Shown one piece after another: positions 22,402 through 33,873 of a stretch of DNA of 41,435 bases (the first letter of the stretch is position 1; the number at the start of each line of letters is the position of its first letter). The notes beneath the pieces were generated by a model that saw nothing but the letters and a program-made list of their open reading frames with translations, made no database searches and had not been told where the DNA came from. Source of the DNA: Octopus bimaculoides (lineage: Eukaryota). Position numbers and translations under genes: made by a program. Where the stretch lies: positions 1,425,295 through 1,466,729 of the forward strand of contig NC_069009.1 in the NCBI RefSeq assembly GCF_001194135.2, read 5' to 3'.

Positions 22402-23039
22402 TATATCTCATTAAAATACTGTCTCTTCTACACGATTTCTTCTTGGTATGTAAATACAAAAGCAACAACTTAAGCCATACAGCTTCATTATTATTGAAGA
22501 TTAATGAAAATCAGATACATAAAGAAACAAATACAGTCGGACGCTGACACTCGTTGATGCTGCATCGAAGAGGCCAGGGAATAGAAGAAAGAAGACATGC
22601 ACCCAACACCAGAGCTGAAGACACCTCCGAAAGGAGGGGGGGGCCACGTCAAAACGGTAGAGGAGTAAGGGCCGAAACCGGACGTGGTTCCTTCTGATGA
22701 TGTCTTGAGCTAACTGGATCCTATAAAGGAGCTGTTGTGGTAGCAGACCACGAAACATAGTTGAAATTCCTTCCTACAATAACAAAATGTGTGTTTCTGA
22801 AGTAAGAAGTTTGCTTCCCAATCACGGAGTTCCAGTTACAGCCCCATTTTGTAGCATACTAAGTGTCTTGTGTGTACTCAAGCTGAGTACATATTTTCTA
22901 TCATTATATAATATATGTAAGATGAATATTTTATATACACTGGTTTCTGTATACATCCTTTCATCATAATGTCTAGTTTGAAATTTTACTATGTATGAAT
23001 CTCAGACATAGTACGAGAATAAATAAGGCAAGGACCGCT

Positions 23040-23560
23040 TTTCACCTGTGAAAAAAAGTATGGAGTGCAAGTGTAATTTCAATAAAGAACAAAATAAGAA
23101 TTTTTAACACTAACGTAAAAGCGGTGTTATTGTTTGGGGCTGAGACATAGCGAAAAACAGTTAAGTCAATTAAGCAAATACAATCATTCATCAAGAGGTG
23201 CTTGTGTAGTATACTTAAAATCAGATGGCCCGAACACATAAGCAATATGGAGCTATGGCAAAGAACGAATCAAGTTTCGATTAGGGAGCAAATATTTAAG
23301 AAAAAGTGGAAGTGGATTATTAGCACAATTAGAAAGAACACACCAAATGTAGCGAAAAGTGCTTTACAGTGGAATCCGGATGGATATAGAAAGAGGGGTA
23401 GGCTTAAGAACTCGTGGCGTAGATCAACACAAAAGGAAATAGAGAAAGGGGGACATTCATGGCAGAGTATAAGTACAGAAGCGAAAAATTATGCGACATG
23501 GAATTCAATTATAAGTGGCCTATACTCCACGTTGGAGAGTTAAAGACAAGAAAGAAAAAA
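23040..23560 (+). mobile_element. RTE-clade LINE 3' fragment (post-RT region); short second fragment at 23909-23985
   Basis: KIRIFNTNVKAVLLFGAET*...ILKIRWPEHISNMELWQRTNQ...KWKWI...ALQWNPDGYRKRGRLKNSWRR. Confidence 0.9.
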
Positions 23561-23984
23561 AAATGAATCTCATGAATGGAATAATACTGTTGATAAAATT
23601 TATATAATTTTATCATTTATTGCATTCATAATCAATGTGTTGATGGTGAAGATGAATATTCATTAAAAAATTGCAGTGTAACCCTGGCTGAATTTATGAA
23701 TAGATATTTTTATTACCACGACACGACAAACACACATACACACCCTCTCAGCATTTGATAGCATCTATTTTCTGTACAGTTCTTGTGTTTATTGCACATG
23801 TACATCTACCACACAAAGAATTTTCCACGTTGACATTCCTCTAATATTGCTGAACCTCTTCTGTGGCCATAGCTTGCACCAGGTGCACCTTATGGAGTTT
23901 CTACCTGTGGTGTTATTGTATGGGGCTGAGACATGGTGAACAACAGTTAAGTCAAATAAGCAAATACAATCATTCATCAACAGG

Positions 23985-24316
23985 TCATAGAATTTTATCC
24001 TGTATGAATATGTTTTTGTCTAGTTCAGTGATTACAAGAGAATGACTTATCACGGTGATATTGTCTGTATTTTCTTTTCCTGTATGAATGTATTTGTGAT
24101 TAGTTAAATACTGTTCCACAGAGAATGATTTACCACAGATACCACAGTGATAGGTCTTGTCTCTTGTAAGAAAACGTTTATGAGTATATGTGCCATGTTC
24201 CTCGTAATGATTTGCCACAGACATCACAGTGATATAAATTTCTCTCCAGTATGAGTGGATTTGCGATTAGTTAAATCTTTTCTTACACAAAATGGTTTAC
24301 TGCAGATATCACACGG
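23985..24316 (-). pseudogene. Decayed finger tail of gene E, truncated at an RTE fragment
   Basis: Inverted near-copy of D 18965-19297. Confidence 0.85.
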
Positions 24317-25873
24317 CTATGATTTCTTTCGTGTATGGATGCGTTTGTGATCAGTTAAATATTTTTTTACACTGAATGATTTACCACAGACATCGCAAGA
24401 ATATGGTTTCTCTCTTGTATGAATGGATTTGTGTCTATTTACGTAACACTTTTGAGAGAACGATCTGCCACAGATATCGCAGCAATATGGTTTCTCTTGT
24501 GTATGAATGCGTTTGTGATCAGTTAAATATTTTCTTACACAGAATGATTTACCACAGATATCACAGGAATATAGTTTCTCTCCTGTGTGAATGTATTTAT
24601 GAGAAGTTAAATTACTTTGAGAAGAAAATGATTTACCACAGATATCACAGAAATATGGTTTCTCTCCTGTGTGAGTGCCTTTATGCACATATAGACTTCT
24701 TTTTAGAGAGAACGATTTTCCACAGATATCACAGGGATATGGTTTCAGTCCTGTGTGAAAGTATTTATGATCGGTTAAACACTTCGAATTAGAGAATGAT
24801 TTACCACAAATATCACACTGATATGGTTTCTCTCCTGTGTGAGTGTATTTGTGATCAGTAAGTCTACTTCTTTGAAAGAATGATTTACCACAGATATCAC
24901 AATGATATGGCCTCTCATTAGTATGAGTAAGTTGATGAGCAGTTAAATAACTTCTTAGTACAAAGGATTTACCACAAATATCGCAGTGAAACGGTCTCTC
25001 TCCTGTATGAACGGATTTATGATAAGCAAGGCCACAGTTTTGAGAGTATGATTTACCACAAATATCACAATGATATGGTTTCTCTCCTGTATGAACGGAC
25101 TTGTGAGAAGAAAGGTAACTTTTTTGAGAGAATGATTTACCACAAATATCACACTGATGTGGCTTCTCACGAGTATGTGTAAGTTTGTGAATAGTTAAAT
25201 AACTTCTAAATGAAAAGAATTTAACACAGATATCACACTGATATGGTTTCTCTCCTGTGTGACTATATTTGTGAGAATTTAGGTGACTCTTTTGAGAGAA
25301 TGATTTACCACAAATATCACACTGATGTGGTTTCTCACGAGTATGTGTAAGTTTGTGCGTAATTAAATAACTTCTTAATGAAAAGGATTTAACACAGATA
25401 TCACACTGATATGGTTTCTCTCCTGTGTGAATGTATTTGTGAAAAGTAAGGCTACTTTTTTGAGAGAATGATTTACCACAAAGATCGCAGTGATGTGGTT
25501 TCTCACGAGTATGTGTAAGTTTATGAGCAGTTAAATAACTTCGTAGTGAAAAGGATTTATCACAGATATCACACTGATATGGTTTCTCTCCTGTATGAAT
25601 GTATTTGTGAGAGGTAAGGCCACTCTTTTGAGAGAATGATTTACCACAAATATCACAGTGATATGGTTTATCTTCTGTATGAATGGATTTGTGAGAAGCA
25701 AGGGTACTTTTACGAGAGAATGATTTATCACAAATATCACAGTGATATTGCTTTGTACCTGAATGAACACAATTGTGAATAGTGAGATTTCCCTTATTAC
25801 AGAAAGACATTTTGCAGATATCACATTGGTGTGATGAATTTTCTCTTTCTTTTGTCATCTCCACACGATTCAT
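24317..25873 (-). CDS. C2H2 ZNF gene E, 518 aa, 18 fingers
   Basis: Intact ATG-started ORF. Confidence 0.95.
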   Translation of the reverse strand: MNRVEMTKERENSSHQCDICKMSFCNKGNLTIHNCVHSGTKQYHCDICDKSFSRKSTLASHKSIHTEDKPYHCDICGKSFSQKSGLTSHKYIHTGEKPYQCDICDKSFSLRSYLTAHKLTHTREKPHHCDLCGKSFSQKSSLTFHKYIHTGEKPYQCDICVKSFSLRSYLITHKLTHTREKPHQCDICGKSFSQKSHLNSHKYSHTGEKPYQCDICVKFFSFRSYLTIHKLTHTREKPHQCDICGKSFSQKSYLSSHKSVHTGEKPYHCDICGKSYSQNCGLAYHKSVHTGERPFHCDICGKSFVLRSYLTAHQLTHTNERPYHCDICGKSFFQRSRLTDHKYTHTGEKPYQCDICGKSFSNSKCLTDHKYFHTGLKPYPCDICGKSFSLKRSLYVHKGTHTGEKPYFCDICGKSFSSQSNLTSHKYIHTGEKLYSCDICGKSFCVRKYLTDHKRIHTQEKPYCCDICGRSFSQKCYVNRHKSIHTREKPYSCDVCGKSFSVKKYLTDHKRIHTRKKS

Positions 25874-26126
25874 TATTGTTCTCTAGTATACAAGTACAAA
25901 ATATATTTTTCCTTTCTTCTTTATATATTTATTTGCTGATTCAAATACTTCTACAGCTATAATCACAGCAAATCTGATCTTTGTGAATATCTGAAGGTAA
26001 TACAAACACGTTTGTGTATTCTTCCGAGTTCAAGCAGAACGTGAAATACTTCAGTAAATATATTCCAGGCAATGAGGAAAACAAATGTTGCTATTAATTC
26101 AGAAATAATATTTCACAGTTTTTCAC

Positions 26127-26166
26127 CATAGATATATTACGTAAACAGGGTTTAACATCTCATATT
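26127..26166 (-). other. Putative shortened (40-bp) exon 2 of gene E
   Basis: Same TTTCAG acceptor and ATG|GTGAAA donor as the paralogues, with the middle deleted. Confidence 0.5.
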
Positions 26167-26336
26167 CTGAAATGATACAGAAAGAGTAGACGATATAGGA
26201 AATACTTAAAAAGCAGAGGTTCAGCAATAGAAAATATAACTACATTTTCATAATGATAAACTGTGGATATAATCGTTTTACCCCAATAATTAGTCTTTAA
26301 AATTTCTTTTGTTATTAAAATTGTATTATACAACCA

Positions 26337-26500
26337 TAGGCGCAGGAGCGGCTGTGTGGTAAGTAGCTTGCTCACCAGCCGCATGGTTCCGGGTTCATTC
26401 CCACTGTATGGCACCTTGGGCAAGTGTCTTCTACTATAGCCTCGGGCCGACCAAAGCCTTGTGAGTGGATTTGGTAGACGCAAACTGAAAGAAGCCCGTC

Positions 26501-26537
<37 letters not shown>

Positions 26538-26750
26538 TGTGTGTCTGTGTTTGTCCCCCCAACATCGCTTGACAACCGATGCTGGTGTGTTTACGTCCCC
26601 CGTAACTTAGCGGTTCGGCAAAAAGAGACCGATAGAATAAGTCCTAGGCTTACAAAAGCATAAGTCCTGGGGTCGGTTTCCTCGACTAAAGGTGGTGCTC
26701 CAGCATGGCCGCAGTCAAATGACTGAAACAAGTAAAAGAGTAAAAGAGAC
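26337..26750 (+). mobile_element. SINE family I in the putative intron 1 of E
   Basis: Full-length match to 7696-8080. Confidence 0.9.
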
Positions 26751-27078
26751 ACAAACGAAATTGAAATTTTGTAGCGAAAGTAACGGCTTTTGTTGTTCTG
26801 GAATTGCTTACAAACACCTTACATTCTGCAAATTCTCTTAAATATTTAACATTACCCAGCCCCTATTTACAAAACTTGCCACTCATGGACTGCCATTTTT
26901 TGTCACCGGGTCAAACGCTTTGACAGGTCAAACGCTTGGCATAATTCATGAAGTTTTCTGGAGAATAGAATTGATTTCGCTCTCAGACTAGCAACATTTA
27001 AAACTTTTACTACTGCCTGGAGTTTCCTATTAGCCAGATACATAGTCTTTTTATCAAAAATAAAATATTATACCTTAC

Positions 27079-27199
27079 CTGTCATACGAATCGGTGTTTA
27101 ATGTGAAATAACCTGAACTACACAAATAAGCGATCTACTGTAAATAGAATTTGAAGACACTTCAAAAAGCCGACACGGAACGTCAACGAAACGAACTAA
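27079..27199 (-). promoter_or_regulatory. Putative TSS motif and exon 1 of gene E
   Basis: TTAGTTCGTTTCGTTGACGTTCCGTGTCGGC; CAG|GTAAG donor. Confidence 0.6.
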
Positions 27200-27689
27200 A
27201 ATTAGGATTCTTTTTTTTATACTTCACAATACGACTCTTTTGTCGGATGTTAAAACTAAGATGGCTAGTTATTTAATGTTTTTATTGCTATAATTATTCT
27301 TTGAAAATGTGAATTGCAAGAAGAAGAAAAAATCCGAATAATGGCAAAATATACAAAGATATAAATACAAGACTATTTTCAAGTTTATTACTAATTCTAC
27401 GCTATTGTGGCACTGAACCCCAAAGATAAACCGACACAGCTTGTCAGACAGCGATGGGGATGAGGTGGAGGTCGGGGGAAGACAGAAAGACACGTGTGTT
27501 ACTCCCATCAGTGTTCGAAAACCATTGTTGGTTTGTTTACATTCCTGTGACTTAGTTCTAGAGCGAAAGAGTCCGATGGTATAACTTACCAGATTTAAAA
27601 TATGTTCTGGTATTGCTTTGCTCAACGAAACCAAAGAGCTGATACTGCAGAATGGGCACAGTTTAATTATAGAATTAAGTAAAACATGT

Positions 27690-28010
27690 GAAGGTGCAAT
27701 GGCCCAGAGGTTAGGGCAGCGGACTCGCGGTCATAAGATCGCTGTTTCGATTCCCAGACCGGACGTTGTGAGTATTTATTGACCGAAAACACCTAAAGCT
27801 CCACAATGCCCCGGCAGGGGATGCTGGCGAACCCTGCTGTACTCTTTCACCACAACTTTCTCTCACTCTTACTTCCTGTTTCTGTTGTGCCTGTAATTCA
27901 AAGGGTCAGCCTTGTCACACTCTGGGTCACGCTGAATATTCCCGAGAACTACGTTAAGGGTACACGTGTCTGTGGAGTGCTCAGCCACTTGCACGTTAAT
28001 TGCACGTTAA
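27690..28010 (+). mobile_element. SINE family IV (tRNA-derived head), 3'-truncated; an inverted head fragment lies at 28447-28517
   Basis: A-box-like TGGCCCAGAGG and B-box-like GTTTCGATTCC; the body matches 28983-29368. Confidence 0.85.
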
Positions 28011-28982
28011 TTTTTACGGAAACCCACGTTTTCGNNNNNNNNNNCTGGCGAACCCTGCTGTACTCTTTCACCACAACTTTCTCTCACTCTTACTTCCTGT
28101 TTCTGTTGTGCCTGTAATTCAAAGGGTCAGCCTTGTCACACTCTGGGTCACGCTGAATATTCCCGAGAACTACGTTAAGGGTACACGTGTCTGTGGAGTG
28201 CTCAGCCACTTGCACGTTAATTGCACGTTAATTTTTACGGAAACCCACGTTTTCGGCTATGGAGATTCCGATTCTGAAAAAGAAAAATTGTTAGTAAAAT
28301 TTCAATTTAAAAAAAAAAACAAAAAAAAAAAGAAAACCCACCCCTCCCCTCCGCATTCTACGGCCTTCAAAGCAGGCTATGAACGTGCTAGAAACAACAG
28401 CCAAATCTCACACAAACTCTTTTTGGCACATACGTAGATACTCAGTATCGAATGCTTTGCTGTATGACCTATGACCGCGAGTCTGCTGCCCTAACCACTG
28501 GGCCATTGCGCCTCCACTGCTGGTAGAATACCCAATTATTAATACACAAGTGTTTTTTTATTGCCAAGTGATATAAATGGGTGAGAGGGTAAAGAATTAT
28601 TTTACCATTAATTTATAGACAATAAAAAAATGGAGGGGATCAATAGGTGATATTCATCAACTTATAGACATTACGTTATGTCAATTTATTTATTTACGAA
28701 AAGGACAATTATAACAATATACATACATGTATGACATATTATACTTTACAGTCAAGTTTGCTTTAAGAATTGGTCTTCTATTCTTTTGAGGTATCATTCT
28801 AACCACATTTCCAACATAAATACCTGCTTGGTATTTATGTTGGAATAAATGAATACAACCATTAAAAGCTGCTGTATCATTCATAGCATGGGGTGAGCAG
28901 AAACGTGCTTGCATCATAGGTAGAGTAGGGCATTATACTTTTGAAAAGTATTTTCCACTATGTGGGTAGTAGCACAAAGACT

Positions 28983-29368
28983 GGAGGCGCAATGGCCCAG
29001 TGGTTAGGGTAGCAGACTCGCAGTCATAGGAACGCGGTTTCGATTCCCAGACCGGGCGTTGTGATTGTTTATTGAGCGAAAACACCTAAAAGCTCCACGA
29101 GGCTCCGGCAGGAGATGGTGGTGAAACCCTGCTGTACTCTTTCACCACAACTTTCTCTCACTCTTACTTCCTGTTCCTGTCGTGCCTGTAATTCAAAGGG
29201 TCAGCCTTGTCACACTCTGGGTCACGCTGAATATTCCCGAGAACTACGTTAAGGGTACACGTGTCTGTGGAGAGCTCAGCCACTTGCACGTTAATTTCAC
29301 GAGCAGGCTGTTCCGTTGATCGGATCGACTGGAACCCTCGACGTCGTAAGCGACGGAGTGCCAACAAC
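28983..29368 (+). mobile_element. SINE family IV, full length, with a 12-bp TSD
   Basis: TSD AGCACAAAGACT at 28971-28982 and 29369-29380, tRNA-like head, (CAA)n tail. Confidence 0.92.
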
Positions 29369-29749
29369 AGCACAAAGACTGCAGATCCTGGGACAGCCTA
29401 GCATGTCCAACAGAGAACAAATAATCTAATGTAACAATTGATACATTAGTGTCAAAATAATACTTCCACAAGAAAACAGAGCAAATGAAGAAAACGTAAA
29501 AAATGACTTGGTTTCATATAAATTAATACATTTGCTGTATTTTATTTATCATCTATTTTATCACCAATATTATTATTCATCAATATGAATAAGTATATGT
29601 TTAGTTAAGGTACATGATTGAAAGAATGCTTTAGCACAGATAACACAGTCATAAGAATCTTGTCCTGTATGAATATGTTTGTGTTCAGTTTATTATTCTT
29701 CTCTATGAGAGAATGACTTATCACAGATGTCACAGTAGTATGATTTCTC

Positions 29750-30289
29750 GGATCTATTTTAAAATGGGGGCCACATTTTTCACTAATGTTTTACGTAGTG
29801 TTTTTGGTACCGAAAGACTTTCAAACTTCGTATACTTATCTATTTTGTGTTATAGAACAGAAAAATATTTTTGTATTCGAATTTATTTCATGTAAAAAAT
29901 TGTCTTATTTCGATAATTTCAACCAATCACTGACAAGTATTCAGTTGTTTACATTTACTCCTTTGGCTGATTAAGCGATGTAAAGCGTATTTAATCTCCA
30001 TACCTTCGTTTTATTTGCTTTAACCCTAACCTTAGGGTTAGGGTTAGGGTTAATTGTTTCAGAATCGTTTGTTTATGTAGTTGGCACTTAATGTATATCG
30101 GCTGAATGGACGTCAGTGATTGGTTGAAATTACAGAAATACGACAACTTTAACATGGAATAACTTCTGGATTTCTTTTTTTTTTAAGAAGACTAAGAGAA
30201 AAAGATGTTTTATATGACACATTCTACCAGTGTTCCAAGTTTCAGTGTTTCGTTAATGAAAAATGTGGCCCCTGTTTTAAAAAAGATCC
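29750..30289. mobile_element. MITE with GGATCT-starting TIRs and 8-bp TSD (Merlin- or hAT-type); contains TAACCC/TTAGGG repeats
   Basis: TIR GGATCT.TTTTAAAA..GGGGCCACATTTTTCA; TSD GATTTCTC at 29742-29749 and 30290-30297. Confidence 0.9.
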
Positions 30290-30297
30290 GATTTCTC

Positions 30298-30686
30298 TCC
30301 TGAATGAATGTATTTGTGTTGAGTTACCATAGATTGAACAGTTATATAGTTTCTCTCCTGTATGAATGCATTTCTGATTAGTTAAATATTGTTCCACAGA
30401 GAATGATTTACCACAGATATCACAATAAGTCTTCTCTTTTATTAGAAAATGTTTATAAGTATATATAGCACGTTCATGAGAGAACGACTTGCCACAGAGA
30501 TCACAGCAATATAGTTTCTCTCTGGTATAAATGGACTTGTGGTTAGCAATATATGTTTTTACACAGAATGATTTACTGCAGATATTACAGTGCTATAGTT
30601 ACTCTCCTTTACGAATGTATTTATCTATTTAAGTAACGTTTTAGAGAGAATGGTTTACCACAGATATCACAGTGATATGGTTTGTA
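30298..30686 (-). pseudogene. Decayed finger tail of gene F
   Basis: Degenerate 84-bp units after the stop. Confidence 0.85.
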
Positions 30687-32399
30687 TTATGTATGAATCA
30701 GTTTGTGATCAGTTAAATATTTTCTTCCACAGAATGATTTACCACAGAAATCACAGGAATATGCTTTCTCTCCTGCATGAATGTATTTATGAGAGGTTAA
30801 ATTGTCTCGAGAAGAAAATGATTTACCACAACAATCGCAGGCATATGGCTTCTCTCCTGTATGAGTGCGTTTGTGCACAGATAAATTACTTTTTTGAGAG
30901 AATGCTATACCACAGATATTACAGTGATATGGTTTCTCTCCTGTGTGAATGTATTTATGAGAAGTTAAAGAGCTTGAACAAGAGAATGACTTACCACAAA
31001 TGTCACAGTCATATGGTTTCTCTCCTGTATGAGTGTATTTATGATAAGTAACATGACATTTTTGAAAGAATGATTTACCACAAATATCACACTGATATGG
31101 TTTCTCTCCTGTATGACTGGATTTGTGGTAAATAAGGCCACACTTTTGAGAGAATGATATACCACAGATATCACACTGATATGGTTTCTCTCCTGTATGA
31201 ATAGATTTGTGAGAAGTAAGGCTACTTTTTTGAGAAAATGATTTTCCACAAATATCACACTGATATGGCTTCTCATTAGTATGAGAAAGTTTGTGAGTAG
31301 TCAAATAACTTCTTTGTGAAAAGGATTTGCCACAGATATCACAGTGATATGGTTTATCTTCTGTATGAATGAATTTGTGAGAAGTAAGGTTACATTTCTG
31401 AGAGAATGATTTACCACAGATATCACAGTGATATGGTTTCTCTCCTGTATGAATGTATTTGTGAGAGGTAAGGTGACATTTTTGAGAGAATGATTTACCA
31501 CAGATATCACACTGATATGGTTTCTCTCCTGTATGAATGTATTTGTGAGAAGTAAGGTGACTTTTTTGAGAGAATGATTTACCACAGATATCACACTGAT
31601 ATGCTATCTCCCCAGTATGAATGGATTTGTGATGAGTGAGGCCACTCTTTTGAGAGAATGATTCACCACAAATATTGCAGTGATATGGCTTCTCATTAGT
31701 ATGAGCGAGTTTGTGGGTAGTTAGATAACTTCTTTGTGAAAAGGATTTACCACAGATATCACAGTGATATGGTTTCTCTCCTGTATGGATATATTTGTGA
31801 GAAGTAAGACTAATTTTCTGAGAGAATGCCACTCCACATATATCGCAGTGATATGGTTTCTCTCCTGTATGAATGGATTTGTGAGAATTTAGGTGACCTT
31901 TCTGAGAAAATGATTTACCACAAATATCACAGTGATGTGGCTTCTCACGAGTATGAATATGTTTGTGAATAGTCAAATAACGTCTTAGTGGAAAAGATTT
32001 ACCACAGATATCACAGTGATATGGTTTCTCTCCTGTATGAAGATATTTGTGAGAATTAAGGCTACTTTTTTGAGAGAAAGATTTACCACAAACATCGCAG
32101 TGATATGGCTTCTCACGAGTATGTGTAAGTTTGTGAGTAGTCAAATAACGTCTTAGTGAGAAGGATTTATCACAGTTTTCGCACTGATATGGTTTCTCTC
32201 CTGTATGAACGTATTTGTGAAAAGTAAGGCTACTTTTGTGAGAGAATGATTTACCACAGATATCACAGTGATATCGCTTCCCACCTGAATTAATACATTT
32301 GTGAGCAGTGAGATTTGCAGTATTAGAAAAAGTCTTTTTACAGATATCACATTCATATGATAATTTTTCTCTTTCTTTTATCATCTCCTGAGAATTCAT
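30687..32399 (-). CDS. C2H2 ZNF gene F, ~570 aa from MNSQEM, 20 finger units (first lacks the last His); may be N-terminally extended by splicing
   Basis: Intact ORF; the frame is open upstream to the acceptor at 32513. Confidence 0.93.
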   Translation of the reverse strand: MNSQEMIKEREKLSYECDICKKTFSNTANLTAHKCINSGGKRYHCDICGKSFSHKSSLTFHKYVHTGEKPYQCENCDKSFSLRRYLTTHKLTHTREKPYHCDVCGKSFSQKSSLNSHKYLHTGEKPYHCDICGKSFPLRRYLTIHKHIHTREKPHHCDICGKSFSQKGHLNSHKSIHTGEKPYHCDICGVAFSQKISLTSHKYIHTGEKPYHCDICGKSFSQRSYLTTHKLAHTNEKPYHCNICGESFSQKSGLTHHKSIHTGEIAYQCDICGKSFSQKSHLTSHKYIHTGEKPYQCDICGKSFSQKCHLTSHKYIHTGEKPYHCDICGKSFSQKCNLTSHKFIHTEDKPYHCDICGKSFSQRSYLTTHKLSHTNEKPYQCDICGKSFSQKSSLTSHKSIHTGEKPYQCDICGISFSQKCGLIYHKSSHTGEKPYQCDICGKSFFQKCHVTYHKYTHTGEKPYDCDICGKSFSCSSSLTSHKYIHTGEKPYHCNICGIAFSQKSNLSVHKRTHTGEKPYACDCCGKSFSSRDNLTSHKYIHAGEKAYSCDFCGKSFCGRKYLTDHKLIHT

Positions 32400-32645
32400 T
32401 ATTGTTCTGTAGTATAGAAACACAAGATATATTTTTGCTTTGTTCTTTGTATATTTCTTTCTCAATTCATATACAGTTACTTCTATATTTACAGCAGATC
32501 TGATCTTGAAAGTCTGAAGATGATACAAACACCTTTGCAAATTTCTCCAAGTTCAAACAAAATGTGATATACTTTTGGAAACATTCCTGACAATGAGGAA
32601 AACAGATGCTACTGTTAATTCAGAATAAATATTTCAGTTATTCAC

Positions 32646-32773
32646 CATAGATATATAATATAAACAGGGTTATATTTATTATTTATAACATCTTCCATTT
32701 GTTTTCAAAAGATGATCCATATTCACGATGTATCTGACGTAAAAACTCTTTTATACGAGTAACATCAAATATT
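32646..32773 (-). other. Putative 128-bp exon 2 of gene F
   Basis: TTTCAG acceptor; ATG|GTGAAT donor. Confidence 0.6.
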
Positions 32774-32844
32774 CTGAAATGATACAGAAACATAAGATAT
32801 AAAAAATTCCCTAAAAAGCAAAGATTCAACAATAAAAAATATAA

Positions 32845-33133
32845 CTCAGAACGTAGCGGCAGACGAAATACCGCTAAGCATTTTGCCTACGTGCTAACGT
32901 TTCTTATTCCTTTATTGTCCACAAGGGGCTAAACATAGAGGAGACAAACAAGGACAGACAAAGGGATTAAGTTGATTAGATCGACTCCAGTACGCAACTG
33001 GTACTTAATTTATCGACCCCGAAAGGATGAAAGGCAAAGTCGACCGGAATTTGAACTCAGAACGTAACGGCAAACGCAATACCGCCAAGCATTTCGCCCG
33101 GCGTGCTAACGTTTCTGCCAGCTCGCCGCCTTA
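32845..33133 (-). mobile_element. SINE family II: full unit followed head-to-tail by a partial unit
   Basis: TAAGGCGGCGAGCTGGCAGAAACGTTAGCAC head; the AAACGTTAGCAC...CTGAGTT segment is repeated. Confidence 0.9.
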
Positions 33134-33764
33134 CTAGAGGAAGAAAACAAACTACATTTTCATAATGATGAACTGTGGATATAAACCTTAACCTGAAAGA
33201 TTAGTCTTTAAATTTTATTTTCTCATTCAAATTATATCATACAACCTCGTGCAATGTCTACATATGCACAAAGTTCGACTCATCCACCTTCAGATATTAT
33301 TTAACTTGCTAAACTACAGAATACGTGAATCATGAATACGTTTTTGTAATTTGAATTATTCCTGTCTTTGCTAATTTATGCCATTTACCGATTCTGTCTA
33401 CTAATAGCTAAATCTTGTTTTCTCATAGAGGTATCACTGGTCAATGTTGCAGTCAGCTATTTGAATTTGACAGAATAAACTGCAAATACAGATGTTTAGC
33501 AAATGATGCCATTATAATAAAACAATAGACAGCTTTGAATGAACACGGTCAACAAATGGAATATCTAATATTATTAAAGAAATTTAAAATTAATTTGGTG
33601 GTTTTTGATGGCCGTGCCAAGAAAAATCCAGATTTTCTTCGCTTAATTAAAGAAGTTTACCGGACAAAAGAATTAATATCGATGTGAAAACTTTCACTAT
33701 TGTCTGCAGTTTCGAATAAGCCAGGTTCATTAGGTTTTATTAAAAATAAAATATTACATCTTAC

Positions 33765-33873
33765 CTCTTATGATAAATAAATCAGAATCGAATTACACAA
33801 AAGCACCAACTCGATCGAATATAATAAGTAGACTTTAGAAAAACTGACACGGAACGTCAACGAAACGAACTAA
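33765..33873 (-). promoter_or_regulatory. Putative TSS motif and exon 1 of gene F
   Basis: TTAGTTCGTTTCGTTGACGTTCCGTGTCAG; GAG|GTAAG donor. Confidence 0.6.

Noticed and set aside
22640-22790. CTGATGA...GAAAC and small stems suggesting a Penelope-type hammerhead ribozyme
   Set aside because: The core elements do not line up (no G after CUGAUGA to pair with the C before GAAA). An Infernal search with hammerhead models would be needed.
27824-28255. 211-bp exact direct repeat flanking a 10-N gap
   Set aside because: Identical sequence either side of a gap indicates unmerged overlapping contig ends (assembly artefact).
28983-29060. tRNA-like sequences at SINE heads (also 27690, 28447, 7696, 33133)
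   Set aside because: They have A/B boxes but no intact cloverleaf, and they are embedded in repeated SINE bodies, one with a TSD.
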